Below are positions 59,000 to 64,000 of a stretch of 64,000 nucleotides of DNA, piece by piece; positions within the stretch are counted from its first letter, which is position 1; every line of letters starts with the position of its first letter. The notes beneath the pieces were generated by a model. It was not told the origin of the DNA. It saw nothing but the letters and a program-made list of their open reading frames with translations, and did no database searches. Location: the NCBI GenBank assembly GCA_951406725.2, contig OX597838.1:22444001-22508000 (forward strand), given 5' to 3'. Both the position numbers and the translations under genes were made by a program. Origin of the DNA: Octopus vulgaris. Lineage: Eukaryota.

Positions 59000-59425
59000 A
59001 GGCGCAGGCGTAGCTGTGTGGTAAGAAGCTTGCTTACCAACCACATGCTTCCGGGTTCAGTCGCACCTTGTGGTTACTTGGGGAAGTGTCTTATCTTCTA
59101 CTATATTCTTAGGCCGACCAAAGCTTTGTGAGTGGATTTAGAAGACGGAAACTGAAAGAAGCCCGTCGTAGATATATGTATATATGTGTATGTGTGCACG
59201 CGCGCGTGTCTGTGTGTTTGTGCATGTGTTTCTCTCTCCGCCTTCACCGCTTGACAACCGGTGTTGGTGTGCTTGCGTCCCCGTAACTTAACGGTTCGAC
59301 AGAATAGTCCGATAGGATAAGTACTATGCCTACGAAAGAATAAGTGCCGGGGTCGATTTGTCCGACTGAAAAGGCGGTGCTGCAGCATGGCTGCAGCCAA
59401 ATGACTGATACAATTGAAAGAATAA
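59000..59425 (+). mobile_element. SINE family C
   Basis: Plus-strand copy starting aggcgcaggcgtagctgtgtggtaag. Confidence 0.82.
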
Positions 59426-59731
59426 AAGAATATATATATATATATATATATAGGGGAACCTACCTCAGTCGTGGTGGTCACTAACTGGCACAAATTGAAG
59501 CGTCTGGTGTTTATTACGCAACTAAACGGCACTTCGGCTTAACGTACGACAACAAAAATAAACGACAAATGAGCGCAAACGTGTCAAATTCATTCACGAT
59601 ATTTCTTCACAACCTCTGTTCCATAAACGTGTTTACAGAAGCCTACTCAGAAACATGTATGTGTATATGGGTGAGATTGGAGAGCGGGGGGGGCGACGGT
59701 GAACACGGGTGTGTGTGGATGTGTGTACTAG

Positions 59732-59765
<34 letters not shown>

Positions 59766-60078
59766 TGCGTGTATGTGTATGTGTGTGTATTTTTGTTTGC
59801 GTGAGAAAAATCTTCAAAGAAATATTTGTTTAAAAATCTATTTATGTAAAAAACTATGAATACCGGGAAGAAAGAAAACAAAGCGAAACGGTTTATAAAT
59901 AGAAATGAAAGTCTATTTATAGGTGTGCACCTTATAATTCGGTAGTTGCGTGTATATATGTATATATATGTGTGTGTATATATGTATATATATGTGTGTG
60001 TGTGTGAGTCTGTAAGTATACGTACATATCTATTTACAAATATATTTATAGGCCCACAACTTATATTCTTTATATATA

Positions 60079-60122
<44 letters not shown>

Positions 60123-60282
60123 TATATATATGCATATATTGCATATATATATAAATATGCATCCATGTATATATATATATATATAAAAATAGTAAAATTG
60201 AATGCGACGAACGCTCGGGATGTCGTTAAGCTATTTATATCTTGGAGTCTTCGACATGTCTTTCCTATAATTTATAAACTTT

Positions 60283-60391
<109 letters not shown>

Positions 60392-60462
60392 CATACATAT
60401 ATACATACATACATATATGTATATATATATATATATATACAGACATATATATATACACACGT

Positions 60463-60518
<56 letters not shown>

Positions 60519-60530
60519 ACCCACACACAA

Positions 60531-60561
<31 letters not shown>

Positions 60562-60573
60562 GATAGATATATT

Positions 60574-60886
60574 TGAAGGTGCATGGGTCAGTAGTTAGAG
60601 CGTCGAGCTTACGATCGTGAGGTTGTGAGTTCGATTCTTGGACCGGGCCACGTGTTGTGTTCCACGTTGCTCCAGTTAACTCAGCTGTAGAAATGAGTTG
60701 CGACGTCACTGGTGCCAAGCTGTATTGGCCTTTGCCTTTCCTTTGGATAACATCGGTGGCGTGGAGAGAGGAAGCTTGGTGTGCATGGGCGACGGCTGGT
60801 CTTCCACAAACAACCTAGCCCGGACTTGTGCCACGAAGGGTAACCTTCTAGGTGCAATCCCATGGTCAGTCATGACCGAAGGCGTC
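60574..60886 (+). mobile_element. SINE family B
   Basis: Colinear with 27866-28200. Confidence 0.85.
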
Positions 60887-60939
60887 TCCTCCATATATAA
60901 CTATATCCTGAAGTATACCTCGCTCAGCGATTTATATAT

Positions 60940-61646
60940 ACCACCACCAAAACTACCAGTGCCATAACTACCACCAACAACAACACCGCCACCAAAACTA
61001 CCACTAACACCAATACTGTCATTTAACCCACCGCCACCACCAACAACACTACAACCACCACCAGCACTACCACTACCACTAACACCCAACAACAACAACT
61101 ACCACTAGCACCACCACACTACTACGTCTACCAGCACCACCACCACTACAACGTCTACCATCACCACCACCACCACCGCTGTCATCGTCGCCGCTGCTAC
61201 TACCACCACCATCACCTGTAACAGCAAATATTTTCTTCCGGTTTCCAGATTTCTGACAAGTTTCCTATTAACCACTTCCGGTTACTTCCGGTTTACGAGA
61301 ATAGTGTCTACCATATTTTTAACTTTATGCAAAGGATGGAGTCTCTGTGTGGACGCTCGATATGCTAGAAATATCAACCAAATCTCCACCACGCTATTAT
61401 ATTATTATTATTATTATTATTATTTTGGGGTTTTTTTTTCTTTTAATGATACATTTGATATTGTAGTCCATGGTACATAGTGCCTAAATCAGAAAAACAC
61501 AACAACTACTACTACTACCACCGCCACCACCATCACTACTGTTATTACTACTACCACCACCACCACCATCACTACTTTTACTACTACTACCACCACCATC
61601 ACCACTACTACTACAACCACCATCACCATTACTACTACTAGCACCA

Positions 61647-61691
<45 letters not shown>

Positions 61692-62285
61692 ATACTACTA
61701 CCACCACTACCACCATCACTACTACAACGACGATGAAGACGACGACCACCACCACCGCCACCACCACCACCAGTAGCACCGAAACAACTAACCTCTGGCA
61801 CGATTACTACAACACCCAATCCCACCGTTACCACTACAGCTAATAGCGTTACTACTACAACTACTACTACTACTAGTACTACTACTACTACTACTACCAC
61901 CACCACCACCACTACAGCAATAGCAATACTACTACTATTACTACCACCACTACCACTACAACCACTACAACCACTACCATCGCCACCACTACAGCTAACA
62001 GCAATACTACTACTACTACCACCACCACTACCACCACTACCACTACAACCACTACCATCGCCACTACTACAGCTAACAGCAATACTACTACTACTACCAC
62101 CACCACCACCACTACCACCACTACCACCGCCACCACTACAGCTAAAAGGTATACTACTACTACCACCACTACCACCACTACAGCTATTAGCAATACTACT
62201 ACTACTACCACCACTACTACCACCACTACCACCGCCACCACTACAGCTACTACTACCACCACTACCACCGCCATCACTACAGCTA
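60940..62285. repeat. Compound (ACC)/(ACT) trinucleotide repeats
   Basis: Low-complexity sequence seen directly, interrupted by unique DNA at about 61220-61500. Confidence 0.85.
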
Positions 62286-62668
62286 ATAGTACTTTCTTCT
62301 ATCCGTCTTCTTACCACCAACAGTAAAAGCACCATTTACAGTAAATTTTTTTAAATCACATTCCTCGACACATTTACATCTAAAATTAATTAAATAAATA
62401 AATACGTGAGAATAAACAGATTTCCGCTGCGTCTTATATTTTATTTATGTATTTTTGCTGTGGTGGTTGTTCTTTCTTTTTTCTTTTTTTTTTTTCATTT
62501 CTCCCTCGGTTTCCAGATTTCAGACAGTTTTCCCTATTGACTACTTCCGGTGACTTCCGGTTACTTCCGATCTTACGAGAATAGAAGTCGGCCATATTTT
62601 TAGCTTCGTTACACAAAACATACATTAGCTGCAATAAATACTTTCACTGCACTACCACTACTACTACC

Positions 62669-62766
<98 letters not shown>

Positions 62767-63342
62767 AAGTGTGTGTGTATGTGTATGTGTGTGTTCAGGT
62801 GTATGAATGTAAGACCGTGTGTGTGTGTGTTACCGTGTATGCGTCTGCGTATGTGTGCAAGTGTGTGATCGAGTGATTGTGTAAGCGAGTGTTAGTGTGT
62901 GTGTGAGAGAGAGAGAGAAAGTGTGTGCGCGCTTGCCTATGTGTGTGTGTGTGTGTGTGTGTGCATGTGTATCTGTGTGTGTTTAGAACGGCTGAACAGC
63001 GATATGTATAACTATAGACTTGTTACCAGTCCAAATATTCTTGTGACATATTCGAACCCGTAAGAATCTATTCAGCGTCTTTTCTCCAAGACAAAAACAC
63101 AGCGAGTGGCTTCCTTGCGCGTTCGAATATGCCCAAAGGTAACAAGCTTGTATATCATTGTTTAGTTTTATTTCAAGATTTCTTGCGCATAGAGAAAGAG
63201 TCAGCTTCTAACTTAGATCCAAGACTCTTTCATTGGAATTTCAACAATATATATATATATATATATACGTATGTATGTATATATAAACATAAAGATATAC
63301 ATATACACAAACGTATATATTATATATATATGCATGTATATT

Positions 63343-63399
<57 letters not shown>

Positions 63400-63771
63400 T
63401 TATATAGTAGATATATGTTACGAAAAGAAAATATAAAATACACGTGGAAATGTAAGGGTAAAATATGAAAAATCAAAGAAAATGCACATTGCAAATAGAA
63501 AAAGGCTATTTATGACAGGTAACAACAAATATATACATTTAGATTGACTGAGGTAGTAATACGAGTCATAAAAGTCATTATTATGAGATGATTATAGGAT
63601 GATAATAAAGTAAGAGAACAAAACGAACCAGTGGTTTACGCGAAGGCTATTCATCGTTTGAACAACACCGGTTAATATATATATATGCATACATATACAC
63701 ACACATATTTATATGTATATATATTTATACACACAGACACACACATGTACATATGTATATACATATGCACA

Positions 63772-63816
<45 letters not shown>

Positions 63817-64000
63817 GCGCATACCTACATATATATGTATATATACATGCATATATGGGTACAGGACGTCATAAAAAACGTGAACAAAATGAAAGAACGA
63901 GAACATAAAAAGACAAAGGCATGGAAAATGAATTTTTGGGGACAACAAAAGAAACAAATAGAGAAACGAGACAGGCAACATAAAGAACAATCCCTTCAGC

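Noticed and set aside
61484-62335. Gly/Ser-rich 283-aa ORF
   Set aside because: Product of ACC/ACT repeats; the neighbouring frames give poly-Val.

Overview
AT-rich, microsatellite-saturated animal genomic DNA; the SINE families and repeat landscape point to an octopus (coleoid cephalopod), which is an inference. There is one convincing host gene: an intronless-CDS class A GPCR most similar to GPR161 (39107-40561, minus strand) with a probable 5'UTR intron. Almost all other listed ORFs are simple-repeat artefacts. Mobile DNA includes four tRNA-derived SINE families, three R4/Dong-type LINE 3' fragments in or ending in (AAT)n arrays, RTE and CR1-like 3' fragments, a non-autonomous Helitron, a mariner-type MITE and a decayed Penelope-like (GIY-YIG) element. 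The main unexplained signal is a dense set of type I hammerhead ribozyme (HHR) motifs: about 10 readable by eye plus several decayed ones, from several unrelated sequence families and mostly next to (TA)n tracts. They include two ~200-bp palindromes with a hammerhead on each strand, a hammerhead with a branched ~53-nt stem II, and a composite element made of a tRNA-like Pol III head, a microsatellite, a hammerhead and a 9-nt tandem tail. All calls were made by eye; element boundaries are approximate.
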